Shown: positions 40,017 through 52,602 of the stretch, one piece after another
Numbering within the stretch: position 1 is the first letter of the stretch
Layout: each line of letters begins with the position of its first letter
Source: Antedon mediterranea
Taxonomy: Eukaryota; Animalia; Echinodermata
Length of the DNA stretch: 64,000 bases
Reading direction: 5' to 3'
Assembly (NCBI RefSeq): GCF_964355755.1
Contig: NC_092679.1
Location: forward strand, 12,631,432 to 12,695,431
Made by a program: the position numbers and the translations under genes
Notes under the pieces: model-generated
The model's database searches: none
What the model saw: only the letters and a program-made list of their open reading frames with translations
What the model was told of the DNA's origin: nothing

Positions 40017-40780
40017 CGCCGTGGTTAGGATTCCGGCACCGGAACTCAACTGCCCACCGTTAGGGAATCCGACACGCTATTGCGCATGCCCAGAGCTCTG
40101 GGAAGTGAATTATAGCTTGCGCTAATAGTGCCACGCCACACACACACACCACCGCCGAGAGTCTCTGAGTGTTATAATAGGGATTTACTGTAGCCTATAT
40201 AGTCGTTGCGCGAGCGAGAGAGCGATGGATGAAACTTGGCCTATGCCATACATGAATGAATGAATTAATTAAAATAATAGTAATACTACAGCACGCGTTA
40301 AAATAATTATAATGATATTAATAAGTATCAGTATCTATCTAAGAATCGTAATGCTGTTCTTAGCGTTGCGACCCTGACTTCCTGAACAGTTTTTTTTCAT
40401 ATCCACGCGGTGGCTGCCGTCAACAAATCAACTTGTGATTGCATGTTGTTATGTACAGTAAAATGCGTTATGAAAAATCATAAAACTAGTCATGTAATTA
40501 TATAATTCATAATGATATGAAGTTTATATATGAATGAAGCAACCACTTTTTAATTACAAAATAAATAGGCCCCACTGGTCACGTCTAACTGGTAGCCCTA
40601 GCCTAGATTAGTGGATACCGTAGGCATCTAGGCTAGTTCGCCGTGTGGCGCAGCTATGAAACGATCCATCGCTGTTGTTGATAGAGTCGCCGATTACCTC
40701 GCTCTGGGCATGCGCAATAGCGTGTCGGATTCCCTAACGCTGGGCAGTTGAGTTCCGGTGCCCGAATCCTAACCACGGCG
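40017..40780. mobile_element. MITE with ~80-bp TIRs inserted in a poly-T run
   Basis: CGCCGTGGTTAGGATTC...CCCAGAGC / GCTCTGGG...GAATCCTAACCACGGCG; T10 on both sides. Confidence 0.85.
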
Positions 40781-40888
40781 TTTTTTTTTTTATCAGATCA
40801 GATCATCAGATGCGATCAATTCTGGTTCCGCCCACGTTACCATGCACAATAGTCTATTTATGTCATTGATGCTAGGCTAGGCCTATTA

Positions 40889-43800
40889 CTCTAGTAGCTA
40901 GATCAACTTTCGTATGCACTTTGAGGTCCAGAGAATTTGACTTCAGAAATTGGTTTAGGGTGGTCAAACAATCATTTTTGGCTTGGTTACACATTTTGAA
41001 AATGTGGCGAAAGGTCAAAAGGTCAGGGTGAAAGGTCATAAGACCAAACGCCAATATGTCCTTAAATCTCAACAACCACTGGTCACAGCGAAGTAATTTT
41101 GGTCTCAAATTGATCAGAAGGTATACATTTATATTCAGTCTAATGGGACATTTTAGTTAAAAATGACCGGAAATGCCATTTCTGACCTTTGACCCACAAC
41201 ACAGGGCATGTATTTATCTCCTTAACTACTGGTCGTAAACACTTGAATTTGGCTTTAAATTGTTCGAAATATATATTTTGTTATTTGTTACACATTTGAA
41301 AAATGTTACAAAAGGTCAAAGGGTCAGGGTCAAGGGTTATATGAACAAATGAATAAAGGTACTTGTATCTCGGCAACCACTGGTCGCAGCAAGTCAATTT
41401 TGATCTCAAAATGTTCAGAAGGCATGCATTTATATTCAGTCTAATGGGGCATTTTAGTAAAAAATGATCAGAAATGCGATTTCTGACCTTTGACCCACAT
41501 ACCAGGGCATATTCATATCTCTGTAAGTACTGGTCGTAGAAACTTAAATTTGGTATCAAGTTGTTCGAAATATACATATTTACATTCATTGTAATAGAAA
41601 ATGTGGTTAAAAGATGAACAGAAAATACTATTACTAAAAAATGTTTCAAACAAAAAACATATCTCTACACAACTTATCCTTAGACAGTAATGTTATGCAA
41701 TAACTGATACTTTAAATTGTTTCAATTTCAAGTACTAGTTATTGCTGTCCACGAGAACATTTTGATATAAACGTCAAGCTCAACAGTTCTTTTCAGAATG
41801 CTAGAAGTAACTTGCCATGTGTATCCGATTAAACGCCCTGGGCATTTATTGTTCAAAAGGGTTTTTAGGGGAGGGGAGGCATCTTTATTTGGGGTATAAT
41901 ATGGTAACATGTATAATCAAATAAATACCACCTAGATGTAAAAAAATACAGCACAATTAATATCAAAAGATGATAAAATTATGTCAAAATGCTTGGTAAA
42001 TTGTAGATTATGGTAGTTAAAATGTGTTGTGATACAATTATTTTGTAAATGCATGTGGCGGAGCGTTTATTCCACATGATGTTCTATTGGAGGGAATGGT
42101 GGCATTTATTTGAGGGAGGCTTTTATTCAAAGAGGGTGTTAATTCGAATAAATACTCCAGCTCAATGCTAGAAGTAACTTACCATAGTTACCCGAATAAA
42201 AGGCCCGGGCATTTATTTATTCAGGGAAGGCGTTTATTTTGTTTGGGTGTAATAATGGTAACATGTATAATCAAATAAATACACCCCAGATAAAAAAAAT
42301 AATAATTAATATAATAAGAATAATAACTGGATTAAACCTCATTCTATCCTGGTGCAAGTACAATCATGTACTAAAAGGTATCAGAGACAACTATAATAGA
42401 CCAATTCATTGTCATTATTCCGTAACACTGTTGCATAATATTTTTAAATGTTACCGACAAAACTTATACATAATATGTATAAGTTTTGTCGGTGTATATT
42501 ATACACGTCTGCTCCCAGTGTAGATAATAAAACAATATATGTTTCTGGAGATTTATTATCAATACGACTAGAAACTTTGACATGTTTTAGGTAGTGAATG
42601 CATTGACAATAAAAGCATCAGAAGTTATCATGATAAAATCATACTACAACACTGTACTACAGTACACAAGGGTGTTTTCAGGAAAGCTGGACATATTGTA
42701 CAATAGTAATGAAACTATGTATTGGCATTTAAAAATATGCAAAAGATTGTTGTCAACTTGTAGTCACAAACAAACAGATGATAGAATGAAGATCCATTGT
42801 GAGTGCAATCGTGTCAGGATAATGATATGTCATTGTTTTATATCGTTATACTGGCACCTGGAGGAGAAGATCCATTTAATGTTATCTATGACAGTGTCAC
42901 TTTTATTCTAAAAGACAGAAACATTTCGTTAAAAAGCATAAAGAAGAAAACGAATCATGTAAATTACCTTTTATCAGTTGAGAAGCGAATTATAATTATT
43001 AAAATTAGAGTATTAATTTATTCGAATTAACACCCGCTTTGAATAAAAGCCTCCCTCAAATAAACGCCACCATTCCCTCCAATAGAACATCATGTGGAAT
43101 ACGCCCGCCACATGCATTTACACAATAATTGTATCACAACACATTACATTAACTACCATAATCTACAATTACCAAGCATTTTTTTTAACTTTTTGATATT
43201 AATTGTGCTGTATTTTTTTTTTTAGATCTAGGTGGTATTTATTTGATTATACCTATTACCATATTTATTATACCCCAAATAAAGATGCCTCCCCTCCCCT
43301 AAAAACCCTTTTGAACAATAAATGCCCGGGGCGTTTAATCGGATACACATGGCAAGTTACTTCTAGCATTCTGAAAAGAACTGTTGAGCTTGACGTTTCT
43401 ATCAAAATGTTCTTGGGGACAGCAATAACTAGTACTTGAAATTGAAACAATTTAAAGTATCAGTTATTGCATAACATTACTGTCTAAGGATAAGTTATGT
43501 AGAGATATGTTTTTTATTTGAAACATTAGTAATAGTATTTCTGTCCATCTTTTAACCACATTTTCTATTACAATGAATGTAAATATGTATATTTCAAACA
43601 ATTTGATACCAAATTTAAGTTTCTACGACCAGTACTTACAGAGATATGAAGATGCCATGATATGTGGGTCAAAGGTCAGAAATGGCATTTCTGATAATTT
43701 TGGACTAAAATGTCCCATTAGATTGAATATGAAAGCATGCCTTCTGAACATTTTGAGACTAAAATTGATTTGCTGCGACAAGTGGTTGCCGAGATACAAG

Positions 43801-44274
43801 TATCTATTTATATTTGTTCATATAACCCTTGACCCTGACCCTTTGACCTTTTGTAACATTTTTAAAAATGTGCAACAAATAACAAAATGTTTATTTCAAA
43901 CAATTTAAGACCAAATTCAAGTGTCTACGATCAGTAGTTACGGAGATACATACATGCCCTGGGGTGTGGGTCAAAGGTCAGAAATGGCATTTCCGGTAAT
44001 TTTTGACTAAAATGTCCCATTAGACTGAATATAAATGTATACCTTCTGATCAATTTGAGACCAAAATTACTTCACTGTGACCAGTGGTTGTTGAGATTTA
44101 AGGACATATTGGCGTTTGGTCTTATGACCTTTCACCCTGACCTTTTGACCTTTCGCCACATTTTCAAAATGTGTAACCAGGCCAATAATGATTGTTTGAC
44201 CACCCTAAACCAATTTCTGTAGTCAAATTCTCTGGACCTCAAAGTGCATACGAAAGTTGATCTAGCTACTAGAG
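40889..44274. mobile_element. foldback element with ~1.27-kb inverted arms and ~0.86-kb spacer
   Basis: ta|CTCTAGTAGCTAGATCAAC...GTTGATCTAGCTACTAGAG|ta; arms ~40889-42155 and ~43015-44274; mirror-image ORFs in the ORF track. Confidence 0.9.
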
Positions 44275-44609
44275 TATATGTATTTTCTGAAAAATGTTAT
44301 ATGAACTGTGTAGTAGGCCCTAACCTACTAGTAGGCTAGTACAGTGTAAATTCTTTTCCTAGGGCCTAGCTAGTAGTAGTAGGCTAGTCCTAGGTCAATA
44401 ATATTATTATCATTCTGTTACATTCCCCCACCTAGGCGAAAAGCAAACTAAAAAAAAGTTTTTGTATTCGTAAGCAAACTTGTCTGCGTTACTTGTTCTT
44501 GCGTCCTAAGAAGTTGAAAGGAACAAATGTTATAGTTCCTTTCAATTTCTTACAGTTCTCTTCTTATACTATAGTTCTTGATTGAGCAAAACTAAAATTA
44601 CTGTAGTTA

Positions 44610-44886
44610 TGCACTTGTCAATTGTATGACCCACTATACGACCCCCGGGAGAGGTGCGTCATTTGTCCGGGTGCGTCAAAAATGTGACTTACCTTTAGGT
44701 GACCATGACGCACCCATTTTGACGCACTGTGATCATGTTGTTTATGATATGGTGGGTGGTAAAGTGACGGACATTGACACACCTTGTTCATTGATGTGAC
44801 GTACCATCTAGGGTTTTTTGACGCACCCCTGCATCAGTAATTATTTGTAAATGACGCACCCATGGGTCATACAATTGACAAGTGCA
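44610..44886. mobile_element. PIF/Harbinger-like MITE
   Basis: 24-bp TIR TGCACTTGTCAATTGTATGACCCA; TTA on both flanks. Confidence 0.8.
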
Positions 44887-44981
44887 TTATTTAGCGAAAA
44901 GATGTTTTATAGTAATTAAAATGTTTATTATCTATTTTTATTTTAAACTTCTTAAAAATGTGACCTTTGTTTTTGCAAAAG

Positions 44982-45247
44982 AGCGAGCTCATGGGTCTTT
45001 GGATAATCTGACCCAAGCATTTAGACTACCACATCCTGACCGCAGTCCAAAGAGGTCACCAGGTCATTCAGTAAACTTTCAAGGTCACTCTGAACTGAGG
45101 TCACACAACAGTATAGATTATGGCAGTGCTGCACACCGCTTGAAATTTTTACTGAAAGAAGAAGAGAGAAAGCTACATCCAAATACAGATTACAAATTAG
45201 CAAGTTTCCCTGGCAGCACTAGTATCAGGAACCAGCCTTTACAAATG
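44982..45247 (+). CDS. SDCCAG8: SDCCAG8 exon 2
   Basis: aaaag|AGCGAGCT...CAAATG|gtcagt; ERAHGSLDNLTQAF...AAHRLKFLLKEEE. Confidence 0.85.
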
Positions 45248-45522
45248 GTCAGTTTTTAATTACATCTTACCCTTCTAACCTATTGAGGGCTCAATACTCC
45301 ATGTCTCAACATAGTGCCACCTATTGGCTCTATTCTATTCCACAAAGTCTTTTGAATAGTTTCATGTTTCTTGACGAAAAGGAGATTCTTTTGTTATCGG
45401 TTGTTTTGTAAAAAACAAATAATTAGGTGCACATTCGACAGTGCCAATAAATAGCAACAATTCAGTAAGCATGGTTAACATAAAACGTTAATGTGTATTT
45501 GATTTATTTCTAATTAATGTAG

Positions 45523-45663
45523 CGTGACCTATCTTCACCATCTATATCACATCATGATATGCGAAATCCTGACACATTGCCGACATCTGATCAGCTCGTT
45601 CCTTTAATTAAAAACCAGAGTTCCTACATCCAGCAGTTGGAAGGTGATCTCAAATTTTGTAAG
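45523..45663 (+). CDS. SDCCAG8: SDCCAG8 exon 3
   Basis: LPTSDQLVPLIKNQSSYIQQLEGDLKFCK; AG/GT, phase 0. Confidence 0.9.
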
Positions 45664-46075
45664 GTAAAGTATATCTGTTTGATTGTTTACTAATATTTAG
45701 TTTTATAAATTTAAAGAGTAGCTCCAGATTAACTAAATCCCCTTCCTAACAGAACACGATTCCAGTAATATACTCCCAGCCATGCTGTGTGAACGATCAT
45801 AGATATATTTCTCTATCTTGATGTGTGAGAGCATGATGTTCTGCAGTTAATTTGAACGTTGTTCAGCCAAGTGTATCAAGTAAACGGTGTATAGTAAAAT
45901 AGATTTTTTTACAGCCCTTTCATACTATAAAATGGTGTATGCAGGTTATATTCTGGTAAAGACAGATTTTTTGTAAATGGAATGGACGATTTCGTTTTAA
46001 GGACTGCTCAAGTGATGTAATAAATAATAATTTAATTATTTACTGAAATCTTTGTTATCTTGCTTGATACTTCAG

Positions 46076-46195
46076 GAAGAAATGCTTGTTCTAAAAGACA
46101 AAACCGACAATGTTTTATCTGAAAATGTTAAATTACATGAAGAACTTAAGACTAACATGGTACAGCTTGCATTGGAACTTCAACAATTTCCGCAG
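46076..46195 (+). CDS. SDCCAG8: SDCCAG8 exon 4
   Basis: EEMLVLKDKTDNVLSENVKLHEELK...; AG/GT. Confidence 0.88.
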
Positions 46196-46574
46196 GTAGA
46201 AAAGAATTAATTGCATACTTGTATCAAAAGAAACACATCGAAATACACATATCAAATATTACATTTTTAGAAATTCTTGGTTTTTAACATGTACACGTCT
46301 TCCTAGACTGATTCAAATATTAAAACGCATATGAAAAGTATCAACATATTTTATTATTATTAAATCGAAACACAGTCTAGTAAAAAGTTGGTATAAAACT
46401 AATTGCCAAAATTTGATTTTATGCTCTGCAGTTAGTTTGGCCGAAAAAAGGTTTAGAGTGTTGACATTTTGTGTTGATGGTATATATATTAAAAGTTTCC
46501 CAAACAGGCATATACGAATGTGTTTAAACAGATGATTAATTTGTTTTATGTTTTTGTTTTCTTGCTAAAATTAG

Positions 46575-46679
46575 GAGGCAGAAGATAAGTTATTTAAAGG
46601 AAGTAAACCAGATGCTAACAAAATCGATCCAGAACAACCAATGAACAAAGACCTTTATGCTAAATGGGAGCAGGAACTG
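46575..46679 (+). CDS. SDCCAG8: SDCCAG8 exon 5
   Basis: EAEDKLF...AKWEQEL; AG/GT, phase 0. Confidence 0.82.
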
Positions 46680-47195
46680 GTACAGTTTTTATTACTTCTA
46701 GTAGTATTATGACAATAATCACCCCTAATGAACTCTACTATTGTGGGGTGGAGAGGAAAATGTTACTTAGCCTATATAAATTAGGATTCCTAATGTTTCT
46801 ATTTATAGGCTAAGAGTCCATTATTGCTGGTTATTGTCTAGTATATATATTAGCTCATAGGTAATTTGGCTTTGTATATCTCTGTATATTTAATATGGTA
46901 CAAATTAAAGAAACTATAAAATATTATTACTATCGCAGCCGAAGGAGCTGAATTGGAGTACATTCAAACTAAACTACATCAACAAAGTTACGAATTCGAA
47001 AGGAGAATATACAAAAAACGCAGCCCGATTAAAAATTCATATACAAAAATGGTCTCTTAGGATAAAAAATTAATTTTATTTAATGACTGAATATTAAGTG
47101 GGATAATGCATGTGGAGTTGTGTACTGTATCTTGTTTTTATATTTATCATTGCTCAGATTATTTAGCATGTCATAACTTGAGTTTATCTTTATAG

Positions 47196-47260
47196 GAACA
47201 AGTGAAACAGTTTCATGAAGCCAAGACCAAACGTTTAGAATCACAACTAACATACACTAA
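47196..47260 (+). CDS. SDCCAG8: SDCCAG8 exon 6
   Basis: EQVKQFHEAKTKRLESQLTYT; tatag|...|gtgagt. Confidence 0.87.
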
Positions 47261-47290
47261 GTGAGTTTGTAACATTTTGTCCTAGTCTTA

Positions 47291-47673
47291 CCATAGAGTA
47301 TTACGATGTGACGTCACAACGACAGAGGGCGCTGCATGGTTGCTAGCCAACCAAAAAATGCGTTCAACGCTACTATGTTGATAAACTGTATACTGTAGAT
47401 CTGTATTTCTATCAAATTATGTATCTTAGCTTGATTTTTTTAAACTTAAACTGTAGTTGAAGAATAAATAGATTATTAAAAACAAATATTTAGTGATCTT
47501 TTGAAATTTTAGTTTGTTTTTATTGAAAATTATTAAGTTTTAAAATGACTACTTCAATAACCCTTTTCCAAACCATTGGTGACCTGGAATCACTCAGGCC
47601 GGTTGAACGCATTTTTTGGTTGGCTAGCAACCACGCACCTACCGTCGTGACTTCAGCACCGTGATACTCTATG
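47291..47673. mobile_element. MITE-like element with imperfect inverted ends
   Basis: CATAGAGTATTACG/CGTGATACTCTATG and TGGTTGCTAGCCAACCAAAAAATGCGTTCAAC inverted pairs. Confidence 0.7.
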
Positions 47674-48002
47674 TAGAGTACTTGGTACTGCCATGCTTGA
47701 TTCCTTTGTCCGATATCTTTATTCAAACCTTTTCTCTTTTGCTAAAGTCCTGATAAACATGAAAAATGAAGATTAGTAAAATCAGATTTTGAATGGGCCG
47801 TTTAGCAGTTTTAATAAAGATATTCACTTCTGTAGAAAAATAAACAACAAAGTGATTATTTCACTTATATAAAAAGACAAAAGAATTAATTTTAAGCAGT
47901 TTTATTATTATATGACATTGAAATGTCATATTCAAAAAAGAAATTTAAACAAATTTGTTTAGTGGACAATACATCTCTAATTATTGTATTAATTAAATGA
48001 AA

Positions 48003-48140
48003 AATTACTGAAAAATGTCAATGCTGTTAGTATTAGTGGCTGGATTTCAATGCAGATACAAATAAAATCAGTAAAAAAACTAAATAAAAACAATATAAAG
48101 TAAAACAGCAAAAAGAAATTACAGAGATTTTGGGTAACAA
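48003..48140 (-). mobile_element. diverged solo Penelope-like pLTR fragment
   Basis: Degenerate match to 24755-24890 (TTACTGAAAAATG..AATGCTG..AGTGGCTGGAT). Confidence 0.6.
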
Positions 48141-48651
48141 GTGATGTTTAATGCTAAATTTTAATGTTCACTGATTAATATATTTTTCTACCTTTTGTGC
48201 CAAGTCAAATAGATGATGAAATGTTTTCCACTACCCCAAAAAGTTGGTCTACAATATTGTCTGTTTCACAATGGGTATAGGTCTGCCATGTTGTATCGCT
48301 TGAGATATAATATGGAACTATAAATCCATTTATTTGTATGCACACACACCAAGTTTCAAATAAATACGCCCTCATCTTCAGTATATCTGAAGAGATACTT
48401 TTACATATATAAATTTTATTTTATTTTATTCAAACTCATTCCACAGCGGGAAACCTGCCCCTTACAGAATGGAATAAACTATACCATATAAAAATATATA
48501 TAAATCTTAAAATCTAACAATACAAAATTATACAATTTTACTAATTTTATTACCAAAAAAATGCTACAGACACAGAACAATAATTCTAAATATATTTATT
48601 CATAGCCTATTTTGATGATTTGGTTTCTCACTCCTGTGGACGATCGAAGTA

Positions 48652-49965
48652 CAGTCAACTCTCCCAATACCGGACTCTCCCAAAACCGGAATTCACGAAA
48701 AACCGGACTTTTTTGGAGGGCCCAATTTGTCCCTATTCTAAATGTACTGTAATTTATTATGAAAACCGGAATACCCAATTCCGGAATCCGGACAAATTAT
48801 GAAGTACAAAATACGAAAATTAGCGTCTGAAAACCGGACTGACGGTTAAAAAACTCCAAATATTTACGAAAACAACGTAACATCGTCGTCGCTGACTCGG
48901 ATTCACTACATTCACAATGTACAAAGCTTTTAATCATACCCTCACCATGCATGAAGTGCGCGACGTTTCGCGGTACGATCAAATAATGTTGCCATGGAGC
49001 ACTACACTGTGATTGACAGGTCAGTTCATTGTTAACCCACGAGGCGGCAATTGCTTTGTTGCGTATCGAACTGCGGTGGGCTTTTTCACATCGAAGCGCT
49101 ATGTCTTAATGTCTATTGTTTTTAGCAGGGAGTTGTTAACAACTCCCTGTTTTTTAGCATATGAATTGTTTTTTAATAAAGTTAAATTTACATTCCTGTG
49201 TCTTTGTTTTGTTTAAATTATTGTTAAATTCACAATTGCAATAGGACTTTAAAAAGGAATGTTTCACTAAAAACGGGATCGACTAAAAATGTGCATCATT
49301 ATAAATTTGGAAATCATTATGGCAAAACGTAAACGGAATGAACTTGACTTAACTTGTGTTAATAAACTTTGAAATGTTACCAATTAATTATTGTGTCATT
49401 ATTGCTTGGCTCGTTTACCTAATCAATTTTCATCATTGCTATCAAATTACGTCAAAATAAAGGAGCTTAAAAAACATGTGGTCTAGGTGTGGGCTTTTTA
49501 TTTGATTATGACACCTCTGCACATGCGCATCAATCAAAGCCCTTCACCCATGCTGCTGCTGCTAGCTAGCTCACGAAAAACAATAAACAGACCGAAATTA
49601 TGTTCACCGTACGTACGTACGTACGTAGGCCTTTTTGCCGTTAAAAACACATTGAGAAACAATAATTTACTATTGTAACATGTTTTATTGGTACAGTAAA
49701 TAATGTAACTTTTAAAAAAGGTAAGTTGAATTACTGTAGCTTAATATTAATAAAGTAGGCCTAGGCCTATCAGTATTTATTTAATTAAAACTAGATTGAC
49801 ACAATCATAGCCTAGCCTAGGCCTTCCCTATGCTAGGAGACCGTACCGGGCAGCATTCGGTGACAACGTGATGACTTTAAAAATATGTTTTCAGGAAACC
49901 GGACTTTCGAAAAACCGGAAAATATATGCCCGCCCAAGGGTGTCCGGTATTGGGAGAGTTGACTG
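48652..49965. mobile_element. pogo/Tigger-like non-autonomous DNA transposon
   Basis: 24-bp TIR CAGTCAACTCTCCCAATACCGGAC, TA TSD; possible residual transposase start MAKRKRNELDL near 49319. Confidence 0.88.
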
Positions 49966-50024
49966 TATAGTGATCAAAACATCGAGAAACCCAAACATTT
50001 CTTCTCCGAACTAAATATATGTGG

Positions 50025-50191
50025 TGTATAGATGACAAATTTCGTTTTTGTAAAAGCACAAGTTAACGGAGTACTTACTCGAACGTTTCGATCTCTATCA
50101 GAGATCCTTCTCTAGATCTAGAGATCGAAACGTTCGAGTAAGTACTCCGTTAACTTGTGCTTTTACAAAAACGAAATTTGTCATCTATACA
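50025..50191. repeat. perfect hairpin (73-bp arms, 21-nt loop), probable inverted pLTR remnant
   Basis: 50025-50097 is the reverse complement of 50119-50191; contains GAGATC-GAAACGTT. Confidence 0.9.
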
Positions 50192-50272
50192 AAATCGAAG
50201 CTAAATGAAATTCTTTCAAGATATATGTGGTGTATTTCAAACTTTACATCAAGGTTTTTTTATTTGCTTCAG

Positions 50273-50467
50273 AAATGAGTTAAAAAAGCATGAAGAGCTT
50301 TGTGATGATTTAAGAAGTAAACTACGCATGTCAGAATCTCTAAGTCTTCTGGGTAAAGATGACACTCCTAAAAATGAAGGAATGTGTATACGATGTGCCC
50401 AACATGAAGCGGTCCTCGCTAGTACGCATATGGATAATAAAAGCAAAATACTGGATTCTTTAACACG
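50273..50467 (+). CDS. SDCCAG8: SDCCAG8 exon 7
   Basis: NELKKHEELCDDL...EGMCIRCAQHEAVLASTH...LTR; phase 2-2. Confidence 0.92.
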
Positions 50468-50976
50468 GTAACTAATTACTTATTAATAGTATTGGTGCAA
50501 AAACAGTTCCAATATAATAATGTTCGCATATAATACATTTTTATGAAACTTCTGAATGTTTTTCAACAGCCTTAAGGCCACAGTTTTGATCTGAATCTCA
50601 CCAAAGCATAATTTTGAAGTTGAAAGGAGGTCACAAACCCAGAAATACTATTTATATTTACTGCCTACAGGTCATACTTTTGATCCATATCTTGCCACAA
50701 TGATCCAGCATCTATTGGTAGTTTACTTTTTAATGGGAATGTTCAAAGTTGATAGTAACAATCCACAACAAAATATTGTTTAGAATAATATTAACGTTAA
50801 CAGCAAGATTTGAACCAGGGTTTCAACTATAGAAATTCACTTGTTAGGCAGTGCAATTAAGACTAATTGTTTTAGGAGAGATTTATGTAGGAAAATTATA
50901 CTGTAGTACTTTCCCCCTCTAGCTTGTAGACTTTCCCCCTGTATTCTTCAATTTTTGTTTATTTTTTATTTATTAG

Positions 50977-51115
50977 AGAACGTGATGATCTGATGGATGT
51001 TGTAACCACAATGAAATCAAACATGGTAGAAATGAAACAGAAAGAGGCTGAAGCATACACACAAGTTAAACACAGTTTAGACATGTTACAGGAAGCTCAA
51101 CTGGAAAAGACACAG
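50977..51115 (+). CDS. SDCCAG8: SDCCAG8 exon 8
   Basis: ERDDLMDVV...EAEAYTQVK...EAQLEKTQ. Confidence 0.92.
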
Positions 51116-51530
51116 GTAAGGAAACTGATAGTTAACTTATAAAGCTCTGTCTACACTATCAAACTATTCATTGCGGAGTTTGATGTGAAAGGGTATAATA
51201 CAGCCAAAAAGAGATACTCTATAAATCATGTTAAGATGAGATCATTCTTTATCACAAAAGTAAAAAAGAAATATTTCTTACAAAACTCAGCTCGACTTTC
51301 TGACGTAACATTGTTAAATATTTGTCTTCCTTCATTAAATGGTGCTTTTAATGATATTCTTTTTAATAAATTAAGAAATAACGTCTTGAAGACTATACTG
51401 CATACATATTATCAGCAGATATTTTCATAGACTCTTCTCGTAGACATGCTTTGGAGTGTTCACATGCCCAGTCCAAATTCTGCATAATAGAGTTTCCTAA
51501 TGCTTCCATTCTCTGCACCATAACTTAAAA

Positions 51531-52063
51531 AGATGTATTGTCCCTTGAAACACAAAAAAATGAAGGTCAAAATATTCTAAATTTAAAGTGGTCATATCAA
51601 AGTAATATTGAAGTTATTCACTTTAAGTCGAAAATTTGAGCCAAAAACAACAAGTTTACTTAATTAACAGGTAAATTAGTTTGATTACATTTCATCTGGA
51701 AAATTGTCACGAGCGAAAGTAAACAAAGATTTCAAACCATGATTACGCATTATGCATATGCTAAATTAGGATTGTTTACAACTCGTCACGGTTAAGAAGG
51801 GATTTTCACACAGATCATGAGGAAGTTTTATGATTATGCATACAGAGTAGCCAAACAAGCGCGTTTCATTATGGGATATGTTTTGATTGAAAACTTTGAC
51901 TGGAAGTCAAAGTTATTTTTTTAACAAAAAAACATTTTGTTTTTTTTTTCGAAAAATTTTTGGTGATAGTTAATAACTATTATGATACTTCAAAATGACC
52001 CACATTTTTTCGAAATCTTTTATTTTTTATTTTTTTGGAATTAGTCAAAGGGACAATACATCT
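51531..52063. mobile_element. Kolobok-like MITE
   Basis: TIR AGATGTATTGTCCCTT with TTAA at the right end and TTAAAA at the left; a solo end also near 19618-19633. Confidence 0.7.
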
Positions 52064-52249
52064 TTAAATGTGCAGCGTGAAAATGCATGTAATCTTTCTC
52101 TTTATATAAAATTGAATGGTTACCAATGAAATATGAGAGTAGAAGTAAATCTGGTAGAATAATAATAATTATTTAAATAAATAAATTTATTTTGTTAAAA
52201 CAAAATCAAAACTACTGAGCAAGCTGTATGTAATAACATATTTTTTTAG

Positions 52250-52402
52250 GCATTAGTTCAAAGGGAACAATTGGCTGATGATGTGAGGAACAGTGAGCAG
52301 CGAATGACTGATTTAGTAGCTGATCAACAAAACCGTTTGATGACTGAAAGAGAACTTGTAAGGAGGGAGTATGAACAACAATTGGAACAGCTTCAACAAC
52401 AG
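52250..52402 (+). CDS. SDCCAG8: SDCCAG8 exon 9
   Basis: ALVQREQLADDV...EQLQQQ; AG/GT, phase 0. Confidence 0.9.
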
Positions 52403-52602
52403 GTATACTAGTGAATTAGAATGCCAAACAATACAAATACATACATACATTGTTATTCATTCTAAAGTAAAACAATGATAAAAGTACAAACGCAACTGAT
52501 TTCCACTCTAAATGAAACATAATAATTATGTTATAACAAAGTATTGTTATTAAATTGTTAATCAAACATTATCTCCACATTTTTCAGTTCATATTTATTT
52601 TT

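Noticed and set aside
41281-43908. Paired ORFs of 60-122 aa on opposite strands
   Set aside because: Mirror images from the foldback arms; no recognisable domain
48350-48400. Hammerhead-like CTGAAGA...GAAAC on the minus strand
   Set aside because: Stems do not pair convincingly; at best a degraded remnant
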